Positions 1-9,368 of a stretch of DNA of 64,000 bases are shown here, piece after piece (position 1 is the first letter of the stretch; each line of letters begins with the position of its first letter). The position numbers and the translations under genes were made by a program. This DNA comes from an uncultured Planctomycetia bacterium (GTDB lineage Bacteria > Omnitrophota > Gorgyraeia > Duberdicusellales > 4484-171): NCBI GenBank assembly GCA_964629785.1, contig CAZVRU010000002.1, positions 34,861 through 98,860 on the forward strand, given 5' to 3'. The notes under the pieces were generated by a model. It was not told where the DNA came from, searched no databases, and saw only the letters and a program-made list of their open reading frames with translations.

Positions 1-62
1 CGATCGGTGAAGATGACAATGAGCAGGGAGCGGTCAAGCCCTGGTCCTGGAAGGAAATATAG
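1..62 (+). CDS. 3' fragment of an upstream gene, probably a pilus-associated PilX/PilY1-like protein
   Basis: Frame starting at nt 3 reads IGEDDNEQGAVKPWSWKEI* (TAG 60-62). A terminal SW[KR]E motif is typical of PilX/PilY1-type proteins. Lies directly before pilC. Confidence 0.4.
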   Translation, partial: IGEDDNEQGAVKPWSWKEI

Positions 63-104
63 AGATAGGGCGAATGCAGTTCAAATAAAAAAGGAAAAGA
101 GAAA

Positions 105-1313
105 ATGAAAAATTTCAATTATACGGCCCGGGATGAAAAAGGCAAGATCATGCGCGGCACCCAGATGGCTGCCGACGAGATCGATCTGGCCAACCGCCTG
201 GCCAATTCCGGATATTTTCTTACTTCCTTTAAAGAAGTGTCGGCAGACAGCGGGCCCAGGAAAAAAAAGGCAGTCAAGATAAACGCGGCGGAGGTGCTTA
301 ATTTCACTATTCAGCTTTCCACTCTGGTCGATGCCGGGATGCCGCTTCTCGAAGGATTGCGGGAACTGGCCCAGGAAGCAGAGAATGAAAAAATACAGTA
401 TATGATCGACGATATCCGTTTCCGTATCGAGAGCGGCAGTACTCTCAAAGAAGCTCTGTCCATGCACCCCCAGACTTTTTCCAAACTTTATGTGTCGATC
501 GTGGGAGCCGGCGAGTCGACCGGTAAATTGTCGAGAGTGCTGCAGGATGTGGCTCATCTGCTGGAATGGCAGCAGGAACTGATGGCCAAGATAAAAGAAA
601 GTTCTATTTATCCGGTGATCCTGTTCGCGGTCATGATCGGCGTGGTATTACTTCTGGTGGTCAAAGTTATCCCGATCTTCGAACCGATGTTCGAGGAAAT
701 GGGCGTGGCCCTTCCGGTGCCTACTCAGATAGTTCTCGGCGTGAGCCAGGCCGTGCGCCGCTATTTTCTTCTGATGATCGTTGCGGCTGTCGGTTCGGGT
801 ATCGGACTTAAATTCTACAATAACACGGAAAAAGGCCGTTACCAGATCGACAGCGTCAAACTGCGCTTGCCGATCTTCGGAGAGCTGATAAAAAAGATCG
901 CCCTTTCCCGTTTTACCCATACTTTTGTGCTTTGTTTCAAAACCGGCCTTAACCTGCTTACTACCCTGGATATTGCCAAGGATACCACCGGCAATGCCCG
1001 TATCGAACAGGCTATCGCCCGGGCCAAAGAGTCGGTCAATGTAGGAGAGAAGCTGGCCAGCTCTTTGCAGATGACCGGCGAATTCCCGCCCCTGGTGATA
1101 CGCATGATCAATGTGGGAGAACAGTCAGGTGCTCTGGGCAATACACTGGAAAAGGTGGCCGAATTCTACGATAAAGAGGTCACTTCTACAGTGAAACGAA
1201 TATTTGCTTTGTTTGAACCGATCATGATTGTTATAATGGGACTTGTGGTAGGGGGCATTGCCATGTCTATCTTTCTGCCGCTGTTCAGTCTTATTTCGCA
1301 GGTAGGGGGTTGA
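105..1313 (+). CDS. pilC: Type IV pilus/T2SS inner-membrane platform protein (PilC/GspF family)
   Basis: N-terminal FNYTARDEKGK; QLSTLVDAGMPL; GESTGKL; YPVIL; MINVGEQSGAL; FEPIMI...IFLPLF; two T2SSF repeats. Confidence 0.93.
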   Translation: MKNFNYTARDEKGKIMRGTQMAADEIDLANRLANSGYFLTSFKEVSADSGPRKKKAVKINAAEVLNFTIQLSTLVDAGMPLLEGLRELAQEAENEKIQYMIDDIRFRIESGSTLKEALSMHPQTFSKLYVSIVGAGESTGKLSRVLQDVAHLLEWQQELMAKIKESSIYPVILFAVMIGVVLLLVVKVIPIFEPMFEEMGVALPVPTQIVLGVSQAVRRYFLLMIVAAVGSGIGLKFYNNTEKGRYQIDSVKLRLPIFGELIKKIALSRFTHTFVLCFKTGLNLLTTLDIAKDTTGNARIEQAIARAKESVNVGEKLASSLQMTGEFPPLVIRMINVGEQSGALGNTLEKVAEFYDKEVTSTVKRIFALFEPIMIVIMGLVVGGIAMSIFLPLFSLISQVGG

Positions 1314-1317
1314 TACT

Positions 1318-3150
1318 ATGCGTTCGTTAATCGGCATCGATATAGGCACCCGCTTTGTAAAAGTGGTGCGTTTTGAACAGGGGAAAAGGCTTTTGATAAA
1401 ACAGGCCTTCAGTTTTCCGGTTCCCCTTACTGATCCGGAAAATTTTTCCTTTGACCGGGAGGCTTTTGCCCGCCTGCTTACCGAACAGATTTCTTTGCCG
1501 GTTATCAGAAATTCGCGGCTGGCAGTTAATTTTTCTGCTTCGCTGGTCAGTATGCTTCTGGTCAATCTGCCTAAATTCCGCAATCAGAAAGAGATAGAGA
1601 CAGCGGTATGCGCCGAGGCCAAACGCAAGATGGTACCGGTACCGGGTCCGGACAGTATTTTTGAATACATGATCCTGGGCGAGAGCACAGCCACCAAAAT
1701 ACCCCGTTATGAAGTAATGGTGGCCAAAAGCGAAAAAAAACATGTCGACGAAATACTGGGACTTTTTTCCCAGTTCGGGGATGTTTATCCGGAATTGATC
1801 ACTCCCAGTTATTGCACAGTGCCTTTTCTTCTTCCACAGGAAAAAAATGATCTGAAAAAGGATACCCTTTTTGCCAATATCGGTTACGAAACTCTGAGCA
1901 TCAGTATTGTGCGGGAAGACAAGGTCTATCTTTCCCGCAGCGTCAAGTTCGGGCTGAAGGATATTATCGGCCATATCGGTTCTACTCTGGCCAGGACAAG
2001 CGAACAGACAATGGCCATAATCGATAAAGCAGGGGTGCCGGAAGTGGATTTCGATTTCAGCGATAAAGTCAAGGTCGCGGAAGAGATAATGCGCCAGAAA
2101 TACGAAAGTTCAGCCGATACATCCGGCGCCGAACAAGTGAACCTTATTGAGCTGCGCATGTGCTGGGATACCGAGATCGAACGTGTAGTCCATGAGATAC
2201 GCAGGACTCTGATTTTTTATAAAGATCAATCGCAGGGCCGCCGGGTCGAAAAGATGTTTTTTTACGGAGGCGGCGCGCAGATTAAAGGCATGACTTCGGC
2301 TTTGATGAAAAAATTGAGCGGTGTTCATGTCGAGGGAGTGCCGTTAAAGTCACTGGGCATACATATTTCCGGAGAAAACGAGTTATATGTGACAGAAAAC
2401 CAATTGGCGCTGACTCCGGCTTTTTCTCTGGCCTATTATCTTCATTCGGTCAAAGCAAAAACGATAATAAATTTCCTTCCCCTGGCATTGAAAAAGAAAG
2501 AAGCAACGCTCAGGGCCCAGGTGACGGCATTGATCGCCGGGGTGATCATTTCGGCAGCACTTTTTTTAGGCTGGATAACTCTGCTGGTCAATATCGGCGT
2601 TTACCAGAGAGAGGCTTCCTGGCTGGAATTCGAGATGACCAGGGCTCAGCGGATCATCGAAGATCTTAATCGCTTCAAGCAGGAGCAGCGGGAATTACAG
2701 CAGAAGAAATCGATGGTGGAAAAAGTATCCGGCAGTATTATCTATATGCCCCCTTTACTGGCGGCAGTAGCCGACAGTATTCCCGAAGAAGTGGTGATCG
2801 AGGAGATGGACATGGGCAATGCCGTTTCGGCAGCAGCCGGACAGGGGGGGGCTTCCCCGACCGGCAGGTTCTCGGCGCCTCAGCCTGCGGTAACTTCGCC
2901 CCAGAGCCAGACTTCCCTGCCGGGAGTGACCATTAAAGCGTATAGTCATGCCGATTATGAATCGACCTGCGCTTATGCCCTGGATTTCAAACAGGCTCTG
3001 GAAAAAAGCGGTAAATTCAGAAACGTGGAACTGGTATATCCGGAACTGGAAGAAATATCCCCGGTGTTTAAAAGCGAAAAAGATGTTTCTTTGACCGAAA
3101 AACGCGACCGTTTTTTCAGTATCAAAGCGGAAGTGGTGATATCCGAATGA
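1318..3150 (+). CDS. pilM: Type IV pilus assembly PilM (actin-like) fused to a PilN-like TM/periplasmic domain
   Basis: IGIDIGTRFVKVV actin-fold start; EIRRTLIFY; FYGGGAQIKG; then the PilN signature INFLP, one TM helix and a coiled coil. Confidence 0.8.
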   Translation: MRSLIGIDIGTRFVKVVRFEQGKRLLIKQAFSFPVPLTDPENFSFDREAFARLLTEQISLPVIRNSRLAVNFSASLVSMLLVNLPKFRNQKEIETAVCAEAKRKMVPVPGPDSIFEYMILGESTATKIPRYEVMVAKSEKKHVDEILGLFSQFGDVYPELITPSYCTVPFLLPQEKNDLKKDTLFANIGYETLSISIVREDKVYLSRSVKFGLKDIIGHIGSTLARTSEQTMAIIDKAGVPEVDFDFSDKVKVAEEIMRQKYESSADTSGAEQVNLIELRMCWDTEIERVVHEIRRTLIFYKDQSQGRRVEKMFFYGGGAQIKGMTSALMKKLSGVHVEGVPLKSLGIHISGENELYVTENQLALTPAFSLAYYLHSVKAKTIINFLPLALKKKEATLRAQVTALIAGVIISAALFLGWITLLVNIGVYQREASWLEFEMTRAQRIIEDLNRFKQEQRELQQKKSMVEKVSGSIIYMPPLLAAVADSIPEEVVIEEMDMGNAVSAAAGQGGASPTGRFSAPQPAVTSPQSQTSLPGVTIKAYSHADYESTCAYALDFKQALEKSGKFRNVELVYPELEEISPVFKSEKDVSLTEKRDRFFSIKAEVVISE

Positions 3151-3746
3151 AGATATTCAAGTTTTTATTCTGCCTGCTGTGCCTGGTCGTCATTGTCCTG
3201 GCAGTTTTATTCTTTCTGGCCTTTCAGAAGCACGATAAGTACAGCAGCGATGTTCGCCTGAAACGGCAACAGGTCGCCGAGGCTGCCAGCTATAAACAGG
3301 AAGCCATGCAGCTTTCCCGGACTCTGGAAGAGATCCGCAGAGATTCCGGGTTATTGTCTAAAAAAATTCCTTTTCACGAAACCCAGCCTCTGGCGACGAT
3401 AAAAGAGCTTACCGTGCTGGCCCGCCAGAGAAGGCTGGTCAATGTTTCCTTTATATGCCCGGACCGTACGGCTTCCGGCCAGAGCCAGATCACCTCTTCT
3501 CCGGCAGTAGCGGCCGGCTCCCCTTTCGCCGCTCCTGCTTCGCCTTCGGCCGCCTCAGGGGAAATAAATCCTCTGGAATTCAGTATGACCTGCGAATGCG
3601 ATTTTCGGCAGTTGCTGGGATTTCTTGAAGATATCTCGTCTCTGGAACGTCTGGTATCAGTGCGCAGTATCAGAGTGTCCAGAAACCAGACCATCATTCC
3701 CAAGCAAAAAGTAACGTTCGAGCTTACTTCCTATACTTTCCCCTGA
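3147..3746 (+). CDS. pilO: Type IV pilus assembly protein PilO
   Basis: N-terminal TM, coiled coil, KKIP, C-terminal FRQLLGFLEDISSLERLVSV. ATGA overlap with pilM-N. Confidence 0.78.
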   Translation: MKIFKFLFCLLCLVVIVLAVLFFLAFQKHDKYSSDVRLKRQQVAEAASYKQEAMQLSRTLEEIRRDSGLLSKKIPFHETQPLATIKELTVLARQRRLVNVSFICPDRTASGQSQITSSPAVAAGSPFAAPASPSAASGEINPLEFSMTCECDFRQLLGFLEDISSLERLVSVRSIRVSRNQTIIPKQKVTFELTSYTFP

Positions 3747-3884
3747 CCAGAATAAGCGATGGACTGCCAGAACCGCCTCGCCTTTTTGGCCAAGCGGGAT
3801 CCCTGCTTCCAGCGGCGAAAAGCAAAGGGGAAGGGATGTCTTCGGCAAAAAAGCAAATATACCGGTGCGGTTTTAAAAAGTATA

Positions 3885-3893
3885 TGATATAAT
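3885..3893 (+). promoter_or_regulatory. Extended -10 promoter (TGaTATAAT) for the ComFB-CheR gene
   Basis: TGATATAAT about 50 nt upstream of ATG 3942. Confidence 0.5.
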
Positions 3894-3941
3894 ATTTATC
3901 CTTTGTCAGGGGGTGGCATTAGGAGACAAGTATTTATCTCT

Positions 3942-5045
3942 ATGGGGTTTAAAAAGAATATTTTTGAAGAGATATTGAAAAATTTTCTCGAACGCAGTCT
4001 GTCGCTGCGCTTCGATATCTGCACCTGCGAAAAATGCCGGGCAGCGATGATGGTCCACCTTCTGGCTTTTTTCCCGCCCCGCTATGTGGATACTGACGAT
4101 CCGAAGTATAACGAGATATCTCAGAAGGTCGCTAAAGAAAAATTCAAGGATATCTTTACCGAGGTCAACCGGACAATCGACCGGGTCAGCCGCAACCTTC
4201 CCCATGCCGCGGAAGAAAACCGGGAAGAGGAGTTTGATATGCTTCTGGAAAAGATCAGGGCTGACCGGGGAGTCGATTTCACTCAGTATCACCGTAATAT
4301 CCTCAAACGCCGCATTGCTCCCCGTCTTCACGCCAATAATGTTCGATCCTATGCCGAATATCTGGAAGTACTGGCCCGCAAGCCCGAAGAGTATGCCGCG
4401 CTTTACGATGTGTTCACGATCAATGTCTCTTCTTTTTTCCGCGATCCTCCGGTGTGGCGGGGTATCAAGACCATATTGAAGAGCGTGATCCGGGAGTGTA
4501 ATGAGAAAAACGAGCCGGTGCGCATATGGAGTGCCGGCTGTGCTCAGGGGCAGGAGCCGTACTCTCTGGCGATCCTGGCCCTGGAACTTGACGATATCCG
4601 GGTGCCGTTCAAGATAATTGCCACTGATATCGACCGCCAGAGTCTGGAGAAGGCCCGTAAAGGAGAATATGCGGCTTATGATATGACCAAAGCCATGAAA
4701 TATCTGACCAAAGATCTTTTTGTCATAGATCTCGAGAAATACTTCGATGTCTGCGGCGAATTATGGCGGGTTCAGGCGCGGGTAAAAAAGATGATCGAGT
4801 TCGGTACCTTGAACCTTATTTCCGATAAGACCATCGAAGATCCGCATATCATACTCTGTCGCAATGTATTCATATATTTTACCAAACCGCTCCAGGAAAG
4901 GATTGTGGACAAATTTTACCGTTCACTGCGGCCTGAGGGGTATTTTGTCATCGGGAACACCGAGACCCTGGTAACGGAAGCCAAACCGGTGTTCCGGGAG
5001 ATCGATGCCATGAACCGCATTTATCAGAAAATAATGGTGCATTAG
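3942..5045 (+). CDS. cheR: ComFB-like domain fused to a CheR-type SAM-dependent protein-glutamate methyltransferase
   Basis: N-terminal KNIFEE...CTCEKC...PPRYV...V..N.PH (ComFB pattern). C-terminal INVSSFFRD, RIWSAGCAQGQEPYSLA, IATDID, ILCRNVFIYF, GYFVIGNTE (CheR). ATG 3942 preferred over TTG 3903. Confidence 0.82.
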   Translation: MGFKKNIFEEILKNFLERSLSLRFDICTCEKCRAAMMVHLLAFFPPRYVDTDDPKYNEISQKVAKEKFKDIFTEVNRTIDRVSRNLPHAAEENREEEFDMLLEKIRADRGVDFTQYHRNILKRRIAPRLHANNVRSYAEYLEVLARKPEEYAALYDVFTINVSSFFRDPPVWRGIKTILKSVIRECNEKNEPVRIWSAGCAQGQEPYSLAILALELDDIRVPFKIIATDIDRQSLEKARKGEYAAYDMTKAMKYLTKDLFVIDLEKYFDVCGELWRVQARVKKMIEFGTLNLISDKTIEDPHIILCRNVFIYFTKPLQERIVDKFYRSLRPEGYFVIGNTETLVTEAKPVFREIDAMNRIYQKIMVH

Positions 5046-5096
5046 GCCGTCCGGATCTTGAACCGTTTTCCGGCTATTCGTCTGCTGATGAGGGCA

Positions 5097-5124
5097 TTGA
5101 CTTTCTGTCAGAGTCTGGTATAGT
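5097..5124 (+). promoter_or_regulatory. Sigma70-type promoter TTGACT-N16-TATAGT (with TG extension)
   Basis: Consensus-like hexamers directly upstream of ATG 5128. Confidence 0.5.
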
Positions 5125-5127
5125 TAT

Positions 5128-5928
5128 ATGTTTTTCAAATATATATACGCAGTGTTTCTGATTTTTTTTGTTTCGGCGGCCGGCCCTGGTTTCGCCCAGC
5201 AGACGGTGCGTGATTTTTATCTTTCCAATTATCAGGAAGACGGTTCCAAAGGATGGGAACTTAAAGGCAGGGAAGCGCAGGTTTACGAAAGTCGTGTCGA
5301 GATAAACGACATGAATGCCACCTATTACGGAAAAGATCAGAAAGTCGATATCAGTGCCGATCACGGCACGATGAACAAACCGGGACTGGATACATATTTA
5401 AAGGATAACGTGCGGCTGAAAGGCGAGGACGGTTCTGTTCTTTATACCGAATCGCTGTCCTGGAAGAACGATGCCAGTGTTATCGCCAGCCAGGACGATG
5501 TCTGGCTGGAAAAAGGTGATATGCGGATCAAGGCTGAAGGATTCCAGGCTGAACCCCGGCTTAAGAAAGTCGATTTTCAGAAGAACGTAAAGGTCGATGT
5601 GCCCCAGGAAGGCCGCAGCGCGCCGCTGGCCATAGAGTGCCGGGGCACTCTGGAAGTCGATTTCAATTCGGGCCTTGCCGTATTCAATGACGCGGTAGTG
5701 ATCGATTCCCGTGACGGCAAGGTTTTTTCCGATAAGGCCACGGTCTATTTCGATAGTGAAAATAAGGCTCTGCTCAAGATAGTTGCCGAAGGCAATGTCA
5801 AGATAATCAGGGATGATAATGTGACTTTTGCTCAGCGGGCCGTATACCTGGAAGCGGAAAAAAAATTGCTTCTGGAAGGAAGCCCGCGGCTTATTCTTTT
5901 TCCCGACAATGAAGATTTTAGAAATTAA
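5128..5928 (+). CDS. lptC: LPS export periplasmic protein with tandem LptC-like and LptA/OstA-like beta-jellyroll domains
   Basis: Signal peptide; DGSKGWELKGREA, ISADHG, LYTESLSW (LptC-like); AVFNDAVV, KIVAEGNVKI, LEGSPRL (LptA-like). Overlaps lptB. Confidence 0.72.
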   Translation: MFFKYIYAVFLIFFVSAAGPGFAQQTVRDFYLSNYQEDGSKGWELKGREAQVYESRVEINDMNATYYGKDQKVDISADHGTMNKPGLDTYLKDNVRLKGEDGSVLYTESLSWKNDASVIASQDDVWLEKGDMRIKAEGFQAEPRLKKVDFQKNVKVDVPQEGRSAPLAIECRGTLEVDFNSGLAVFNDAVVIDSRDGKVFSDKATVYFDSENKALLKIVAEGNVKIIRDDNVTFAQRAVYLEAEKKLLLEGSPRLILFPDNEDFRN

Positions 5929-6631
5929 AGGTTTGTCTAAAAGATACGGCGGCCGTACAGTAGTCAAGGGTGTTTCCTTGAACGTACAGCGCGGCGAGAT
6001 CGTAGGTTTGCTCGGGCCCAACGGCGCCGGTAAGACCACTACTTTTTACATGATCGTAGGGGTGGTCTTTCCGGACAGCGGCAATATTCTTTATGATAAT
6101 CAGGATATCACCTATCTGTCGATACATAAAAGAGCCCGTTTCGGCATCGGGTATCTTTCCCAGGACCCTTCGGTATTCAGAAAACTTACTGTAGAAGATA
6201 ATATAATGGCAATACTGGAAACTTTGCCTCTTTCCCGCAGCGAGCGGCGCCAGAGGCTGAACGCGCTTCTCAAGGAACTGGATATAAGTCATTTGCGCGA
6301 CAGTTTTGCTTACACTTTAAGCGGGGGAGAAATGAGACGTTTGGAGATAACCCGCAGCCTGGTTACTAATCCGTCCTTTCTTTTGCTTGACGAACCGTTT
6401 TCCGGTATTGACCCGATAGTGGTAAATGAAGCCAAGGAACTGATCGTCGAGTTGAAGAACAAAGGTATCGGTATTCTTCTTACCGATCATAATGTGCGGG
6501 AAACCCTGTCGATAACCGACCGGGCTTATATTATTTATGAAGGGAATATCCTTATTTCCGGGACCTCCCGGGATCTGATCAACGATCCCAAAGCAAGAGA
6601 GATATATCTGGGGAAAAATTTTCAGATGTAG
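5909..6631 (+). CDS. lptB: LPS export ABC transporter ATP-binding protein
   Basis: GPNGAGKTTTFYM, LSGGEMRRLEI, LLDEPFSGIDP, TDHNVRETL, IYLG.NF. Start at ATG 5909. Confidence 0.95.
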   Translation: MKILEIKGLSKRYGGRTVVKGVSLNVQRGEIVGLLGPNGAGKTTTFYMIVGVVFPDSGNILYDNQDITYLSIHKRARFGIGYLSQDPSVFRKLTVEDNIMAILETLPLSRSERRQRLNALLKELDISHLRDSFAYTLSGGEMRRLEITRSLVTNPSFLLLDEPFSGIDPIVVNEAKELIVELKNKGIGILLTDHNVRETLSITDRAYIIYEGNILISGTSRDLINDPKAREIYLGKNFQM

Positions 6632-6646
6632 TGAAAGGAGAGACTG

Positions 6647-7537
6647 ATGAATGTCACGATAAAAAAGACCAATAAACTTGCCCGGACCCTGACCATTACC
6701 GTGGACAGGGAACAACTGGAAAAAGACCGGGCAGAACTGTATAAGACCCTTGGTAAAAAACTTAAAGTACCGGGGTTCAGGGAAGGCTCGGCGCCAACAG
6801 AACTTCTGGAAAAACATCACGCTAAGGTGTTGCGGGAAGAGTTTTTGAAGTGGGCGATACCTTCCTATTATGAACAGGCCCTGAAAACTGAGGCGTTGTT
6901 GCCGGTAGGATTGCCTCATATTTCCGATGTCGAGTACACTGCCGGGAAGTTGGAATTCAATGCCGAAATAGAGCTGAAACCGGAACCGGTCCTGGAAACT
7001 TCGATGTATCGGGGAATAAAGATAAAATCGCCGATGCCCAAGGTGTCTTCGGAAGAATTGAAAAAGCTTATGAAAAATGTAAGGGAAAATATCCAGAAAG
7101 TACTTAAAAAAGAAGTGACCGACGAGGATGCGGCCCGCTGGTCAGGTTATGCCGGTGAGAACGATCTTAAAGAGGCGGCCCGGATCGAACTGGAAAGCGC
7201 TATGCTGCGTCAGCGTCGCCAGGAAGTGGAAAATCAGCTGGTAACGGCCCTGCTTAAAAAGGTCAGTATCGATGTCCCGGCCCGTATCGTCGATGAACAG
7301 ACTGCCAAACTGGTCAATCAGGAGAGTTACGGTCTGCGGGCCAAGGGCGTGCCTGACGAAGATATCCAGAAAAGCCGGAAAGATCTTGAGGACAAATGCC
7401 GACCCATTGCCGCAGATCAGGTTAAATTGTATTATATTCTGGAAGCCATCGCTGCCCGGGAGGTTCTGGAGGTAGATACCCAGAACCTTTATGAACGGGT
7501 GACAGGCTATCTGCTCAGTGTTGCCGAATATAAATAA
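6647..7537 (+). CDS. tig: Trigger factor, short form apparently lacking the FKBP PPIase domain
   Basis: [11 protein letters not shown] ribosome-binding signature; C-domain [19 protein letters not shown]; only 296 aa; precedes clpP. Confidence 0.82.
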   Translation: MNVTIKKTNKLARTLTITVDREQLEKDRAELYKTLGKKLKVPGFREGSAPTELLEKHHAKVLREEFLKWAIPSYYEQALKTEALLPVGLPHISDVEYTAGKLEFNAEIELKPEPVLETSMYRGIKIKSPMPKVSSEELKKLMKNVRENIQKVLKKEVTDEDAARWSGYAGENDLKEAARIELESAMLRQRRQEVENQLVTALLKKVSIDVPARIVDEQTAKLVNQESYGLRAKGVPDEDIQKSRKDLEDKCRPIAADQVKLYYILEAIAAREVLEVDTQNLYERVTGYLLSVAEYK

Positions 7538-7557
7538 CGTCAAAAGGGAGGAAAGAT

Positions 7558-8175
7558 ATGGATCAGCAATCACGCTGCCAGACCTATGTGCCGATGGTTA
7601 TCGAACATACCGGAAGAGCGGAACGGGCCTATGACATTTATTCCCGTCTGCTGAAAGACCGGATCATTTTTATCGGTACCCCGGTCGATGATAACGTGGC
7701 CAATATCGTCATTGCCCAATTGCTTTTTCTTCAGATGGAAGACACCAATAAAGATATCAATATCTATATCAATACTCCCGGCGGGGTAGTAACTGCCGGT
7801 CTGGCTATTTACGATACGATGCGTTTTGTCAAATGCGATGTGGCGACATATTGCGTAGGCCAGGCTGCCAGTATGGGGGCGGTTTTGCTTACGGCCGGCA
7901 CCAAGGGTAAACGATTCGCCCTGCCTAATTCAAGGATCATGATCCACCAGCCCTGGGGCGGGGTGCAGGGAAGTGCTGAAGATATTTCCCGTCAGACAAA
8001 CGAAATACTGCGTTTAAGGGAAAAAGTAAATGACATCCTTTCGGCCCACACCGGTCAGTCTCTGGAGAAGATCAAACAGGATACGGACCGTGATTATTTC
8101 ATCACTGCCGATGAAGCGCGTCGGTACGGTCTTATCGACGAAGTCATTTGCCCCCAGGACCAGCAGGCTTCCTGA
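7558..8175 (+). CDS. clpP: ATP-dependent Clp protease proteolytic subunit
   Basis: [18 protein letters not shown] (Ser), IMIHQP (His), DTDRD. Confidence 0.97.
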   Translation: MDQQSRCQTYVPMVIEHTGRAERAYDIYSRLLKDRIIFIGTPVDDNVANIVIAQLLFLQMEDTNKDINIYINTPGGVVTAGLAIYDTMRFVKCDVATYCVGQAASMGAVLLTAGTKGKRFALPNSRIMIHQPWGGVQGSAEDISRQTNEILRLREKVNDILSAHTGQSLEKIKQDTDRDYFITADEARRYGLIDEVICPQDQQAS

Positions 8176-8234
8176 GAGCAGTGACAGGTAGAAAAGAACA
8201 GATTTAAGAACGGCATAATGCGGAGGTAGATTCT

Positions 8235-9368
8235 ATGAAACGCAAAGCTCTTATGACTCCCGGACCATCTCCTGTACCTGCGGCGGTTCGCGAAGCTCTG
8301 GCCCGGGAAATAATTCATCACCGGACCGATGAGTTCAAAAGTATTCTGACCAGTGTTCATCAGGGACTGAAAGATATATTCTGCACCGATAATCCGGTGC
8401 TGGTTTTCTCTTCTTCCGGTACCGGGGCCATGGAAGCGGCCGTGGTGAATTTCCTTTCCCGTAAAGATAAGGTCATCGTGATCAACGGCGGAAAATTCGG
8501 CGAACGCTGGAAAGGTATTTGCCAGGCTTACGGCGTGGAGACAATCGAATACGTTTTGGAGTGGGGAACAGCGCCCGATGCCGGTCATATTGCCGAACTG
8601 CTCAAGAAGAACCGGGATGTCAAAGCCGTTTATACGACTCTCTGCGAAACATCAACCGGTACTGCCTATGATATTGAACAGATCGCCAGAGTGACCGGGG
8701 AAACCGATGCGCTTTGCGTGGTCGACGCGATCAGCGGTCTGGGGCAGGACGAACTGCGTACTGACGACTGGAAAGTGGATATAGTGGTCAGCGGTTCGCA
8801 AAAGGGTTTTATGCTGCCGCCCGGTCTTGCCTTTATGAGCCTGAGCCGGAAAGCAGAGGAATATCTGGGAAAAAGTGATCTGCCCTGTTATTATTTCGAT
8901 GTCCAGAAGGCCCTGAAAAGTCATGCCAAGAACGATACTCCCTATACTTCGGCTGTATCGTTGATCGTGGGCCTGGATGCGGCGATAAAACTGCTGAAAG
9001 AGGACGGTATGGAAAAACGCTGGGAATATTGCAAAACCTTGGCCAGAGCAGCCCGGGAAGCGGCTAAAGCCCTGGGATTGTCTCTTTTTTCCCAACGTCC
9101 TTCTTCTTCGGTCACGGCGATAATGGCTCCCCAGGGCATCAAATCCACTGACCTGGTCAAAAAGCTGCGCAATGAAGAAGGTTTGAGCATTGCCGGCGGC
9201 CAGGATGCGGTAAAGGATGCGATATTCCGCATTGCCCACATGGGCTGGATCAATGCCCAGGACCTGATAATGTGTTTTTCTCTGGTGGAGAAAGCACTGC
9301 GTTCTCTGGGATACGACTTTAAGTTAGGGGCATCTCTGCAGAAGATACAGGAGGTCATCTATGCATAA
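8235..9368 (+). CDS. Class V PLP aminotransferase (serine-glyoxylate/AGT family), probable phosphoserine aminotransferase
   Basis: LMTPGP, SSGTGAMEAA, ETSTG, VDAISG, SGSQKGFMLPPG; overlaps serA. Confidence 0.85.
   Translation: MKRKALMTPGPSPVPAAVREALAREIIHHRTDEFKSILTSVHQGLKDIFCTDNPVLVFSSSGTGAMEAAVVNFLSRKDKVIVINGGKFGERWKGICQAYGVETIEYVLEWGTAPDAGHIAELLKKNRDVKAVYTTLCETSTGTAYDIEQIARVTGETDALCVVDAISGLGQDELRTDDWKVDIVVSGSQKGFMLPPGLAFMSLSRKAEEYLGKSDLPCYYFDVQKALKSHAKNDTPYTSAVSLIVGLDAAIKLLKEDGMEKRWEYCKTLARAAREAAKALGLSLFSQRPSSSVTAIMAPQGIKSTDLVKKLRNEEGLSIAGGQDAVKDAIFRIAHMGWINAQDLIMCFSLVEKALRSLGYDFKLGASLQKIQEVIYA

Noticed and set aside
3750-3860. Possible c-di-GMP riboswitch upstream of ComFB-CheR (GCGAAA, GCAAAG words)
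   Set aside because: Could not build the GEMM P1/P2 architecture, and it lies upstream of the predicted promoter; an Infernal search would settle it.
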